A DNA stretch of 64,000 bases from Candidatus Eiseniibacteriota bacterium (GTDB lineage: Bacteria; Eisenbacteria; RBG-16-71-46), in assembly GCA_041483195.1 (NCBI GenBank), contig JBGPFC010000012.1, forward strand, positions 1 through 64,000, in the 5' to 3' direction. Under the pieces are notes generated by a model. That model worked only from the letters and a program-made list of their open reading frames with translations, did not search any database and was not told the DNA's origin. Positions 14,980 through 24,084 of the stretch are shown here, piece by piece. The stretch's first letter is position 1; every line of letters begins with the position of its first letter. A program made the translations under genes and the position numbers.

Positions 14980-15957
14980 ATGACCAGGACCATCGACGTT
15001 CTGCTGCTGCTCGCGCTGCCCGCCTCTGGAAAATCCGAGGTCCGTCGCTACCTCGCGTCCCTGAGCCCCGAACAGTGCCGTGACGAGCTGCACCTGGGGC
15101 AGACCGTGCAGCTCGACGACTACCCGTACGTGCACATGATGCGGCGCATCAGCCAGGAGCTGCGCAAGCGCGGCGCCGACGGCGTGTTCTTCGACTCCGA
15201 CGATCTGCCCATGAAGCAGCCGCTCGACTGGGGCACGCTGGTCGAGCTCTTGAACGAAGACTTCGACGATATCGTGCGGCGCCGCCGGCCGGCCCCGGGG
15301 TTCGCGGCGGCCTGGCTGTTCGATCGGTTCGATCGCGCGCGCCGCGCCGTGGGGGCGCCGGCCGCACTGGGCACGCTGCCCCCGAAGCTGCGTGAGGAGC
15401 TGCAGGCCGCGCTCGAGAGCGAAGCCGCCGGCCTGCTCCGCGACAAGAACGCGGGCGTCCCGGATTCACTCGAGGGCAGGACCGTGGTGATCGAGGCCGC
15501 GCGCGGCGGGCCGGATGGGGCGAGCCTGCCTCTGCCCGCGCCGCTCGGCTACCGGTACACGCTGAGCGCGTTCAGCGACGCCATCCTGTCTCGAGCGTCC
15601 ATCCTCTACGTGTGGGTGACGCCCGAGGAGTCGCGCCGCAAGAATCACGAGCGCACCGATCCCAACGATCCCGGCTCCATCCTGCATCACGGCGTGCCGA
15701 TGGCGGTCATGCTCGGCGACTACGGCTGCGACGACATGGACTGGCTCATCCAGCACTCCGACCGCCCCGACACCGTGCGCATCGAGGCACGCGGCCGCAC
15801 CCACTACCTGCCGGTCGGTCGCTTCGACAATCGCGTCGACAAGACGACGTTCGTGCGAGCCGAGCGTTCGGCGTGGCGCCCCAACGATGTCGCGGCGCTC
15901 CACGCCGGTCTTCGCGATGCGCTCGATCGGCTGGCGCGCGCGGCCGGCGCCCACTAA
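14980..15957 (+). CDS. Hypothetical P-loop-like protein
   Basis: N-terminal LLLLALPASGKSE; GGAGA RBS; host-like codon usage. Confidence 0.7.
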   Translation: MTRTIDVLLLLALPASGKSEVRRYLASLSPEQCRDELHLGQTVQLDDYPYVHMMRRISQELRKRGADGVFFDSDDLPMKQPLDWGTLVELLNEDFDDIVRRRRPAPGFAAAWLFDRFDRARRAVGAPAALGTLPPKLREELQAALESEAAGLLRDKNAGVPDSLEGRTVVIEAARGGPDGASLPLPAPLGYRYTLSAFSDAILSRASILYVWVTPEESRRKNHERTDPNDPGSILHHGVPMAVMLGDYGCDDMDWLIQHSDRPDTVRIEARGRTHYLPVGRFDNRVDKTTFVRAERSAWRPNDVAALHAGLRDALDRLARAAGAH

Positions 15958-15992
15958 GGCGTAGCGCGGCGGGAGGGGGGCCGGCGCTTCGG

Positions 15993-16871
15993 CTAGTGGT
16001 CTCCGCCGTAGAACGCAGATGCCCACGCCGCGACCGGACGAAATCCGATCCGGCGATACAGCGCGATGGCGGGCGCGTTGAAATCGTTCACGAACAGGCA
16101 CACCGCGCCGCTGTGCTCGAGCAGGCGCGCGCACAGCTCGGAGAGGCCGCGGCGCGCGAGGCGCTGATTGCGGCGCTCGGCGGGCGTGAACACGCCGGCC
16201 ACCTGCGCAGCGTCGGCGGTCAGGGCGCTGACGCTGGCCCGGAAGCAGAGCCCGTCCAGGTCCACCCACACGTAGGTGTATCCCTCGCGGCACTCCTCCT
16301 CGACGCGACGCGCGTAGCTCGCGGGATCCACGAGGCGCGGGTCTTCGTCCAGCTCTTCCGCGCGCAGGCGCGCGCCGCTCTCGTACACCATGGCGAAGTC
16401 CTCGGTGCGCGCGGCCCGCAGCGCCGGCACCCGCTCGAACGCCGGGAGCGCTCCGCGCTCGAGCGCCATGTACACCTGGCGGCGGTGCAGCCGCGGGGTG
16501 AGGCCGGCGTGCTCGAAGCGGCGCACGAACGGTTCGATCGTCGCGGCCGGACCGATGAGCTGCAGCCGCGGCGGCAGCATCGCGCGGCGCGCGATCGTCT
16601 GCTCGGCGAGGCGCTCGAGTGCCGCCAGGTCGTCGCCGAGTGGCAGCACGGCGCCCGACGGGCCGCCGAGGTGCACCAGCGCGACGATCGTGTCGTCACG
16701 CCGCGCCGCCCAGAACTCGTCGTGAGGCCGCGAGAGCGCGTCGCGCAGCGCGAGCGCCACCAGGTACACGTTGAGCACGGGCTCGCGGTCGAGGAACGCG
16801 AACATCTCGACCAGATCGGAGGGCGTGAGCTGCTCGACGCTCAGGACGCCGGTTCCGGGGTGCAGGGTCAT
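15993..16871 (-). CDS. GNAT acetyltransferase (DUF4081-like N-terminus)
   Basis: QVAGVFTPAERRNQRLA...LFVNDFNAPAIALYRRIGF. Confidence 0.85.
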   Translation of the reverse strand: MTLHPGTGVLSVEQLTPSDLVEMFAFLDREPVLNVYLVALALRDALSRPHDEFWAARRDDTIVALVHLGGPSGAVLPLGDDLAALERLAEQTIARRAMLPPRLQLIGPAATIEPFVRRFEHAGLTPRLHRRQVYMALERGALPAFERVPALRAARTEDFAMVYESGARLRAEELDEDPRLVDPASYARRVEEECREGYTYVWVDLDGLCFRASVSALTADAAQVAGVFTPAERRNQRLARRGLSELCARLLEHSGAVCLFVNDFNAPAIALYRRIGFRPVAAWASAFYGGDH

Positions 16872-16881
16872 GGAAGATCCT

Positions 16882-17625
16882 CTAGACGATTTTTTCGAAG
16901 ATCGAGTCTACCAGCGCGTCGAAGCCCTCGTCGCGCTTGTTTCGCGGCCGCGGCAGCTGCACCTCGAGATCGGCCGCGAGGCGCCCCGGATGGGAGTTGA
17001 GGACCAGCACCCGGTCGGCCATCAGCACCGCCTCCTCGATGATGTGCGTCACCATCACCACGGTGTTCACCGGAAGCGCCTGATCCGACCACAGGGTGAG
17101 CACCTCCTCGCGCAGGTTGGCCGAGGTCAGGGCATCGAGGCCCGCGAACGGCTCGTCCATGAACAGCAGCTCGGGCTCCACCGCGAGCGCGCGCGCCAGC
17201 CCCGCGCGCTGCTTCATGCCGCCCGAGAGCTCGGTGGGGTATGCCTCCTCGTAGCCGTCGAGGCCGACCTTGTCGAGATAGAACGCCGCGCGCTTGCGCG
17301 AGTCCTCCTCGCGAAGATCGCGCGCCTTGAGGCCCAGCTCGACGTTGGCCTGCACGGTGAGCCACGGCAGCAGCGCGAACGACTGGAACACCATCGCCGC
17401 TTTCAGATTGACTCCGTCGAGCGGCCGGTCCTGGTAGAGCACCTCGCCGGAGGTAGGCGGCGTGAGCCCCATCATGATCCGCAGCAGCGTCGACTTGCCG
17501 CAGCCGGAGGGGCCGACGATGCACACGAACTGGCGCTCGGGGATCTGCGCTGTGATGTCGTCGAGCACCGGGATGGACCGCCCGCGATCGACGAAGCTCT
17601 TGGAGACATGTCTGAGTTGGAGCAC
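16882..17625 (-). CDS. NitT/TauT family ABC ATP-binding protein
   Basis: [34 protein letters not shown]; start may be GTG 17631. Confidence 0.9.
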   Translation of the reverse strand: MLQLRHVSKSFVDRGRSIPVLDDITAQIPERQFVCIVGPSGCGKSTLLRIMMGLTPPTSGEVLYQDRPLDGVNLKAAMVFQSFALLPWLTVQANVELGLKARDLREEDSRKRAAFYLDKVGLDGYEEAYPTELSGGMKQRAGLARALAVEPELLFMDEPFAGLDALTSANLREEVLTLWSDQALPVNTVVMVTHIIEEAVLMADRVLVLNSHPGRLAADLEVQLPRPRNKRDEGFDALVDSIFEKIV

Positions 17626-17627
17626 CC

Positions 17628-19328
17628 TCACGCCCCCAGCCGGTAGCGGACGTTGACCGCCTGATACAGACGATCCCACACCAGGCGATTGAACGCGACC
17701 ACCGTGACCACCAGCAGCGTCAGCGAGAGGAAAAGCAGCGCGCGGTTGCCGGTCTGGAACGTCGCGCGGTTCAGCATCTGCCCGATCCCCAGCACCTCGT
17801 AGGTGCGTCCGCGATAGACCACGTACTCGGACAGGATCAGCGCGTTCCAGGTGCCGCCCCACGCCACCACGCTGCCGGTGACCAGCGACGGCATGCACGC
17901 GGGCAGCACCAGCTGGCGATGGATCGCGCCGCGCGAGAGGCCGAGTGCCCGCAGCGACTCGCGCAAATCGCGCGGCACGCGCTGCACGCCGCCGAGCAGA
18001 TTGAACAGCAGGTACCACTGCATGCCGGTGAGCGCGAGCGCGATCGAGATGATCTCCATGCCGCCGAACCGGTTCACGAGCAGCGCGACCAGCACCGGGA
18101 AGAACGCGGTCGCCGGCACCGAGGCTCCGACCTGGGCCACCATCGACAACGCGCGCGCGCCGCGCGGATGATCGCTCGCCCACAGCGTGGCCGGCACGAT
18201 CCACGCCAGCGCGAGCACGTATGCCGCCGCGATCCGGAGGAACGACAGCAGCAGCGCGAGCGGCAGCTGCCCCGCCTCGCGCGGCCACGGTCCGGCGAGC
18301 GCGCGCGCGCCCGACACCACGCCCAGCACGAGGCCGGCCGCGAGCGCGAGGCCGGCGGGCCAGCGCAGCCAGCGCCACGCCGCGAGCGCCGCGCGGGCCG
18401 CGGCGGCCGCGCCGCGATTGATCCTCGCCACCGGGATCCTGGCCCACAGCCCGCGCCCCAGGCGGCGCAGCGGGCGCAGCAGGGTCGGCAGCCCGAGGTC
18501 GGGGATGCGCAGCGCGGTCTCTTCTGCCTCTTCTCCCACCTGCGTGTCGTAGCGAAAACGGCGCGACCACACGCGCAGCGGGCGCCACACCGCGAGCTCG
18601 AGCACCACCACGATCGCGATCAGCACCGCCAGCGCTCCGGCCGCGAGCCGCAGGTCGCCGCGCGCGAGCGCACGCGACAGCGTGCTGCCGAGTCCCGGCA
18701 GGTTGTACTCCGCCTTGCCGGTCACGATGATTTCGCACGCGATCAGGAAGTACCAGCCGTTGGCCCACGACAGGATGCTGTTGTAGAGCAGCGCGGGAAT
18801 GCACGCCGGGAGCAGCAGCGTGCGCAGGCGCAGCAGGCCGCGCACCCCCAGGCTGTCGGCCGCCGCCCGCGTCTCGTGCGGAATGGTCGAGAGCCCCTCG
18901 TACACGGCGAACGCCAGGTTCCAGGCCTGGCTCGTGAAGATCAGGAAGATCGAAGCCAGCTCGAGCGAGAGGCGCCCGCCCCCGAGCACCGTGATGAACA
19001 CGTAGATCGCGGCCGGGAAGAAGCCCAGCACCGGGACCGATTGGCCGACGTCGAGCAGCGGCAGCAGCACGCGCGCCGCGCGCGGGCGCGTCGCCGCCGC
19101 GTAGCCCGCGGCCCACGCGAAAACGACCGACACCAGGTAGGACGCCGTCATGCGCAGCAGCGACCAGCCCGCAGCGGCCGGCAGGTCGCGGAAGCTCGGC
19201 TCGCTCAACACCACGCCGCGCGCGAAGTTCAGCGCGCGCCCCGGGCCCAGCGCCATGGCCGCGAGCGCGATGGCCGCGCCAACGGCCACGATCGGCAGCC
19301 AGCGCGGCGAAGAGCGCTCCTCGGTCAT
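17628..19328 (-). CDS. NitT/TauT family ABC permease with two fused TM domains
   Basis: SLLRMTASY, LDVGQSVPVLGFFP, FTSQAWN, second half ASVPATAFFP, QWYLLFN, WGGTWNALI. Confidence 0.9.
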   Translation of the reverse strand: MTEERSSPRWLPIVAVGAAIALAAMALGPGRALNFARGVVLSEPSFRDLPAAAGWSLLRMTASYLVSVVFAWAAGYAAATRPRAARVLLPLLDVGQSVPVLGFFPAAIYVFITVLGGGRLSLELASIFLIFTSQAWNLAFAVYEGLSTIPHETRAAADSLGVRGLLRLRTLLLPACIPALLYNSILSWANGWYFLIACEIIVTGKAEYNLPGLGSTLSRALARGDLRLAAGALAVLIAIVVVLELAVWRPLRVWSRRFRYDTQVGEEAEETALRIPDLGLPTLLRPLRRLGRGLWARIPVARINRGAAAAARAALAAWRWLRWPAGLALAAGLVLGVVSGARALAGPWPREAGQLPLALLLSFLRIAAAYVLALAWIVPATLWASDHPRGARALSMVAQVGASVPATAFFPVLVALLVNRFGGMEIISIALALTGMQWYLLFNLLGGVQRVPRDLRESLRALGLSRGAIHRQLVLPACMPSLVTGSVVAWGGTWNALILSEYVVYRGRTYEVLGIGQMLNRATFQTGNRALLFLSLTLLVVTVVAFNRLVWDRLYQAVNVRYRLGA

Positions 19329-19497
19329 GCGATGGTCCTCGGACGGCGTGAGCCCATACGGCGACGACGCGCCTGCGGTCAGGCGCGATGCGGGCGGTCC
19401 AGCGCAATCTATCCTCCCGCTCGCGCCTCGGACAACCGCAATGTGCGTGGGGGACGCATCGCCCGGGAGATTCCGCTCGCTGCGGCGCGCCGTTCGA

Positions 19498-19526
19498 TTG
19501 ACCACGCGCATGGGCACCCCTAGCAT
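19498..19526 (+). promoter_or_regulatory. Sigma70-type promoter for phoB-phoR
   Basis: TTGACC-17 bp-TAGCAT. Confidence 0.65.
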
Positions 19527-19545
19527 CATGGCAGGGGAGGCGCGC

Positions 19546-20232
19546 GTGGCGGACCTCGTGCTCGTGATCGAAGACGAAAAGGAAATCCGCGACCTGGTGC
19601 GCTACAACCTCGAGCGCGCGGGGTTCCGCGTCGCGCTCGCCGCGGACGGGGAAGAGGGCCTCGAGCGACTGTTCGCATCGCGCCCCGACGCGCTGGTGCT
19701 CGATCTCATGCTGCCGCTCCGAAACGGCCTCGAGGTGCTGCAGGAGCTGCGCGCCGAGCCGGCCACGCGCGAGCTTCCGGTGCTGGTGCTCACCGCGCGG
19801 GCGGCCGAGATGGACAAGCTGCTCGGCTTCGAGCGCGGCGCCGACGACTACCTCACGAAGCCCTTCAGCCCGCGCGAGCTGGTCGCGCGGATCACCGCCC
19901 TCCTGCGGCGCGCGCGCCCCAGCCGCGGACCCGCCGTGCTCGAGGTGGGCGCGCTGCGCGTGGACCCGCTCGCCCGCGAGATCTCGTTCCGCGGCACGAC
20001 CCTCACGCTCACGCCGCGCGAATTCGATCTGCTGGCCTTCCTCGCGCATCATCCGGGGCGCGTCCTCTCCCGCGAAGAGCTGCTGCGCAAGGTCTGGGGC
20101 TACGATTTCCTCGGCGAGACCCGCACCGTCGACGTCCACGTGCGGCGGCTGCGGGCGAAGCTGGGCGAGAAGCACCGCGTGATCGAAACCGTGACCGGCG
20201 CCGGCTACAAGCTGGTCGCCGGCGCGCGCTGA
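19546..20232 (+). CDS. phoB: Phosphate regulon response regulator (OmpR family)
   Basis: IEDE, LDLMLP, GADDYLTKPFSPRELVAR, RTVDVHVRRLRAK; GGGGAGG RBS plus GTG; pst context. Confidence 0.88.
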   Translation: MADLVLVIEDEKEIRDLVRYNLERAGFRVALAADGEEGLERLFASRPDALVLDLMLPLRNGLEVLQELRAEPATRELPVLVLTARAAEMDKLLGFERGADDYLTKPFSPRELVARITALLRRARPSRGPAVLEVGALRVDPLAREISFRGTTLTLTPREFDLLAFLAHHPGRVLSREELLRKVWGYDFLGETRTVDVHVRRLRAKLGEKHRVIETVTGAGYKLVAGAR

Positions 20233-20246
20233 GCGCGCGCCCGCGC

Positions 20247-22028
20247 GTGAACCTCTCGCTGCGGGCGCGCCTGTTCTTCGCGCAGGCGATCGCCGTGATC
20301 GTCGCGCTCGCGGCGGTCACGCTGCTCGCCGCGCAGGAGCAGCGCGCGTGGCTGGTGGAGCGCAACGCGGAGGCGCTCGAGCGGATCGCGCGGATCGCGG
20401 TCCGCGATCTGCCCGGAGAGTGGTCGCGCACCTCGGGCGATGCGACCGAGTGCGCGCGATCGATCGGCGGCGCGCTGGGCCTGCGCGTCACCCTGATCGC
20501 GGAAGACGGGCGCGTGCTCGGGGACAGCGACGTGCCGCGCGAGGCCCTCGACGCCGTCGAGAATCATCGCGATCGCGCCGAGGTCGCCGCGGCCCTCGCG
20601 GGGCGGACCGGTCATGCGGTGCGCCGCAGCCACACCCTCGGCGTGGAATTCCTGTACGTCGCCCGGCCCGCCGGCGTCCGGGAGGTCGCGGTGCTCCGCG
20701 TGGCCGAACCGCTGGTCGAGATCGCCGCGCTGCGCGCCTCGTTGCTGCGGCTCTCGCTGGTGGCGGCGGCGTTCGCGCTGTTGCTCACCCTCGCGCTCGC
20801 GTTCTGGATCGCGGGCCGGCACGCCGCGCGGGTGCGCGAGCTCGAGCGCGTGGCGGCGCGCGTGGGCCGCGGGGAATCGGCGGCGCGCGCGCCCGAGCGT
20901 CCCGCCGACGAGCTGGGGCGCCTCGGTCGCGCGCTCAACGAGATGGCCGCCGAGATGCGGTCGCGCCTCGAGGCCCTGGCGCGCGAGCGCGACGAGCGCG
21001 AGCGCATCCTCGCCCACCTGCGCGACGGCGTGGCGCTCATCGACGAGGCGGGGCGCGTCCTGCACGTGAATCACGGCCTCGTGACGCTGCTCGGGCTGGC
21101 GCTCCCCGCCGCTCCGGGAACGCCGTTCGCGGAGTTCGCGCGCCTGCCCGAGCTGGACGACCTGCTGCACCGCGCGCGCGACGAAGGCCGCACGCTCGAA
21201 TCGGATCTGCGCGCGTGGACGCCGCAGGCGCGGCTGCTCCACGCGACGGTGACGCCCCTCGGCGACGGCGGGCGCGACCCGTTGCTGCTGGTGGTCCACG
21301 ATCTCACCGAGATCGAGGCCGTGAACCGCATGCGGGAGGACTTCGTCGCGAACGTCTCGCACGAGCTGCGGACGCCGCTCACGTCGTTGCGTGGTTACGC
21401 GGAGACGCTGCTCGAGGGCGGGCTCGACGACGCGGAGCACCGCGAGGGATTCGTGCGGGTCATGCGAGATCAGGCCGTCCGGCTCGAGGCCCTGCTCGAA
21501 GACGTGCTGGCGCTCGCGGAGCTCGAGCAGCCCGGGGCGCGGCTTCGCGTCGAACGAATCGATCTGCGCGCGCTGATCGAGCGCCAGGTCGCCGGCATGA
21601 AGCCGCGCGCGGAGCGCGCGGGGCTCACGCTCGCGATCGAGCCGGGCGCGCCGCTGCTGGCGCTCGCGGACCGCGCGCGCCTCGAGCAGGTGATCGCGAA
21701 CCTGCTCGACAACGCCCTCAAGTACACGGAGCGCGGCGGCGTGACGGTCGCGGCCGGCGCGGCCGGCCCGCTCGCGTGGTGCGAGGTGCGCGATAGCGGG
21801 CCGGGGATTCCGCCAGAGGACCAGCCGCGCATCTTCGAGCGCTTCTACCGCGTGGACAAGGCGCGCTCGCGCGAGAAGGGCGGAACGGGACTGGGCCTCT
21901 CGATCGTCAAGCATATCGTGCAGCTCCACGGCGGCTCGGTCTCGGTGGCGAGCGTGCCCGGAGAGGGCAGCACGTTCCGGTTCGAGATCCCGCGCGGCGC
22001 GGAGACGATGGCCGTGACACCGGGCTGA
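20247..22028 (+). CDS. phoR: Phosphate regulon sensor histidine kinase
   Basis: ENHRDRAEV Cache-like periplasmic domain, HAMP, PAS, FVANVSHELRTPL, FERFYRVDKARSR, GTGLGLSIVKH. Confidence 0.9.
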   Translation: MNLSLRARLFFAQAIAVIVALAAVTLLAAQEQRAWLVERNAEALERIARIAVRDLPGEWSRTSGDATECARSIGGALGLRVTLIAEDGRVLGDSDVPREALDAVENHRDRAEVAAALAGRTGHAVRRSHTLGVEFLYVARPAGVREVAVLRVAEPLVEIAALRASLLRLSLVAAAFALLLTLALAFWIAGRHAARVRELERVAARVGRGESAARAPERPADELGRLGRALNEMAAEMRSRLEALARERDERERILAHLRDGVALIDEAGRVLHVNHGLVTLLGLALPAAPGTPFAEFARLPELDDLLHRARDEGRTLESDLRAWTPQARLLHATVTPLGDGGRDPLLLVVHDLTEIEAVNRMREDFVANVSHELRTPLTSLRGYAETLLEGGLDDAEHREGFVRVMRDQAVRLEALLEDVLALAELEQPGARLRVERIDLRALIERQVAGMKPRAERAGLTLAIEPGAPLLALADRARLEQVIANLLDNALKYTERGGVTVAAGAAGPLAWCEVRDSGPGIPPEDQPRIFERFYRVDKARSREKGGTGLGLSIVKHIVQLHGGSVSVASVPGEGSTFRFEIPRGAETMAVTPG

Positions 22029-22094
22029 ACGCGGCCCCCGCCCGCCTCCGCGGCCGTCCGCCGAAATATCTCCGCAATCCGAATTGCCCGCGCC

Positions 22095-22138
22095 GTTACA
22101 GCGCCGTCACGCTCCCGCTCCCGCGCGCACGATAGCGT
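22095..22138 (+). promoter_or_regulatory. Pho-box-like promoter
   Basis: GTTACA (22095) and GTCACG (22106) 11 bp apart; TAGCGT at 22133, 27 bp after second repeat start. Confidence 0.55.
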
Positions 22139-22414
22139 GTGGTCAACGGGGACGGTGGCCGTGGCCGGGATTGCGAGGTCGCCATCGCTTGCCAGTCCAT
22201 CTCTGCCGCGTGCATTCGACAACCTGATTGCGCGACGCCACCTCCCCGAACTTTCACGGCGTGACGGCTGAAGCCCTCTCGACCAGCGGTCATCTTGTCC
22301 GGGTCATCGAGGTGTTCCGGCCGAACGCCCCCGGGGGGGTGCGCTGCTCCTCCTGGGGGAAGCGTGGGGGGAGGGCCTCCTCCTCCGAACCGGGTGTTGC
22401 ATCGAGGCGCTTCG

Positions 22415-22750
22415 ATGAACGTCTTCGCACCTGCATGTGCCGATCCGCGAGGCGAGCGTGGCAGCGCCCGCAGGCGCGGCCGGCCGGCGCTGCTGACTCG
22501 CGCGGAGCTGATCGAGCAGATCCGCCGCCTGCACGAGCGCCCGCCCGGGCTGTTTCGCGTGCACGATTCGCACGCGGGCCTCTATGCGCGCGCCCGCAGG
22601 CTGTTCGGTTCCTGGCGGGCGGCCGTGGCCGCGGCGGAGGTGGACTATCACGAGGTTCTGGAGCGAGCGCGCTCCCGCGCACTCGAAACACGCGCCCTCC
22701 GCTCGCGCGCCGCCCGCGCGGCAGGGCGCAGTCGAGGCGGCGCCCCCTGA
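22415..22750 (+). CDS. Small basic protein with homing-endonuclease-associated-repeat-like motif
   Basis: RRGRPALLTRAELIEQIR...LYARARRLFGSWRAAVAAA. Confidence 0.65.
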   Translation: MNVFAPACADPRGERGSARRRGRPALLTRAELIEQIRRLHERPPGLFRVHDSHAGLYARARRLFGSWRAAVAAAEVDYHEVLERARSRALETRALRSRAARAAGRSRGGAP

Positions 22751-22766
22751 CGCCTCCCGGCCCGTA

Positions 22767-22820
22767 TTTACACCGCCGTTACACCCCGGAGCATTTTCGG
22801 CAACCCGTGGCCGCTAGGGT
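22767..22820 (+). promoter_or_regulatory. Pho box upstream of porin-pst operon
   Basis: TTTACA (22767) and GTTACA (22778) 11 bp apart; TAGGGT at 22815. Confidence 0.65.
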
Positions 22821-22918
22821 TTCGCGCCGAGGGCCGGAGGGTTCGGCCCGCCGCATCTCCGTCGCGCGCTTGCGGCGTCGGATGAATATCCACGGGCCAC
22901 ACTCCGGAGGCGATCCGC

Positions 22919-24064
22919 ATGGACCGCGAGCAGCGAGACACGACCCCGGCATCGTGGAGCGCGTGGATGATCGCGGCCGCGCTCGCATGCGCGGCTCCCT
23001 GCGCCGCGCAGACACAGTCGCAGGCGCTGCTCATCCCTGCGACGCCGCCGGATTACCCGCGCGGCCGGATCAGCGGCTACATCTTCGGCGACTACTACGA
23101 CAACCTCGCGGGAAATCCCGATCATGGCTACAGCTCGAGCGGCGCCGATTCGCTGACGCCCAACATCGACGGCTCGAAGGTGATCGGCCGGGACCTGAAC
23201 GGGCTCCAGGTGCGGCGCGTGTACTTCCAGCTCGACAACGATCTCTCGTTCAGGTTCTCGACGCGCTTCCGTCTCGAGATGGACGGCAAGTCGCTGACCT
23301 CCGACGGCAAGCTCGGCGTGAACGTCAAGGCCGCGTACGCGCAGGCCAGGAGCGTTTACCCGCGCGCCGACGTGCTGGTCGGGGTGCTCTCGACGCCGAT
23401 CTGGGAGGGCTCCGAGGAATTCTGGCAGTACCGCTCGATCGAGAAGACGATCGGGGACTTCCGCGGCATCGGCAGCTCCGCCGACGTTGGCATCGAGCTC
23501 AAGGGCTTCGCCGATTCCGACCACCACGTGGGCTACGTCGCGATGATCGGCGACGGCCCGGGCCAGAAGGCCGAGGACAACCGCTACAAGAAGTTCTACC
23601 TGAGCCTGCCGCTGCGCGCGGGCGATCTGCGGCTCGAGCCATACGCCGACTACGAGAACGCGTTCGGCGCGAAGGACCGCGCGACCTACAAGCTGTTCGT
23701 GGGTTACGCGCTCAAGTGGCTCGCGGTCGGGGCGGAGATCCTGGATCGTGTGAATCACCGTCCGACCGGGGGCAACCAGGAGCCGCACGGCTATTCGGTG
23801 TTCGCGCGCGGCGGCCCCACGCCGGCCATCTCCGCTTTCGCGCGGGTGGACGTCTGGGAGCCCGATCACCGGCTCGCGAACCGCGTGGACCAGCAGCTCT
23901 GGATCGCGGGCCTCGACTGGCAGCCGATCAAGGACGCCCACTTCATGCCCAACGTCGAATCCATGCAGTACGTGGCGAAGGGCACGGGGGTCGTTCCGCC
24001 TCACCACGACCTGCAGGCGCGCATCACGTTCTACTACAAATTCAGCCGCCCGCAGACACCCTGA
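22919..24064 (+). CDS. Outer-membrane porin, probably phosphate-selective
   Basis: Signal peptide, ISGYIFGDYY, LQVRRVYFQLD, C-terminal ARITFYYKF; first gene of pst operon. Confidence 0.75.
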   Translation: MDREQRDTTPASWSAWMIAAALACAAPCAAQTQSQALLIPATPPDYPRGRISGYIFGDYYDNLAGNPDHGYSSSGADSLTPNIDGSKVIGRDLNGLQVRRVYFQLDNDLSFRFSTRFRLEMDGKSLTSDGKLGVNVKAAYAQARSVYPRADVLVGVLSTPIWEGSEEFWQYRSIEKTIGDFRGIGSSADVGIELKGFADSDHHVGYVAMIGDGPGQKAEDNRYKKFYLSLPLRAGDLRLEPYADYENAFGAKDRATYKLFVGYALKWLAVGAEILDRVNHRPTGGNQEPHGYSVFARGGPTPAISAFARVDVWEPDHRLANRVDQQLWIAGLDWQPIKDAHFMPNVESMQYVAKGTGVVPPHHDLQARITFYYKFSRPQTP

Positions 24065-24084
24065 CGATCACGAAAGGAACTCTC

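Noticed and set aside
16882..20175. 1097-aa ORF suggesting a giant ABC ATPase fusion
   Set aside because: Only the last ~247 aa are the ATPase; the rest is off-frame or antisense to the permease and phoB.
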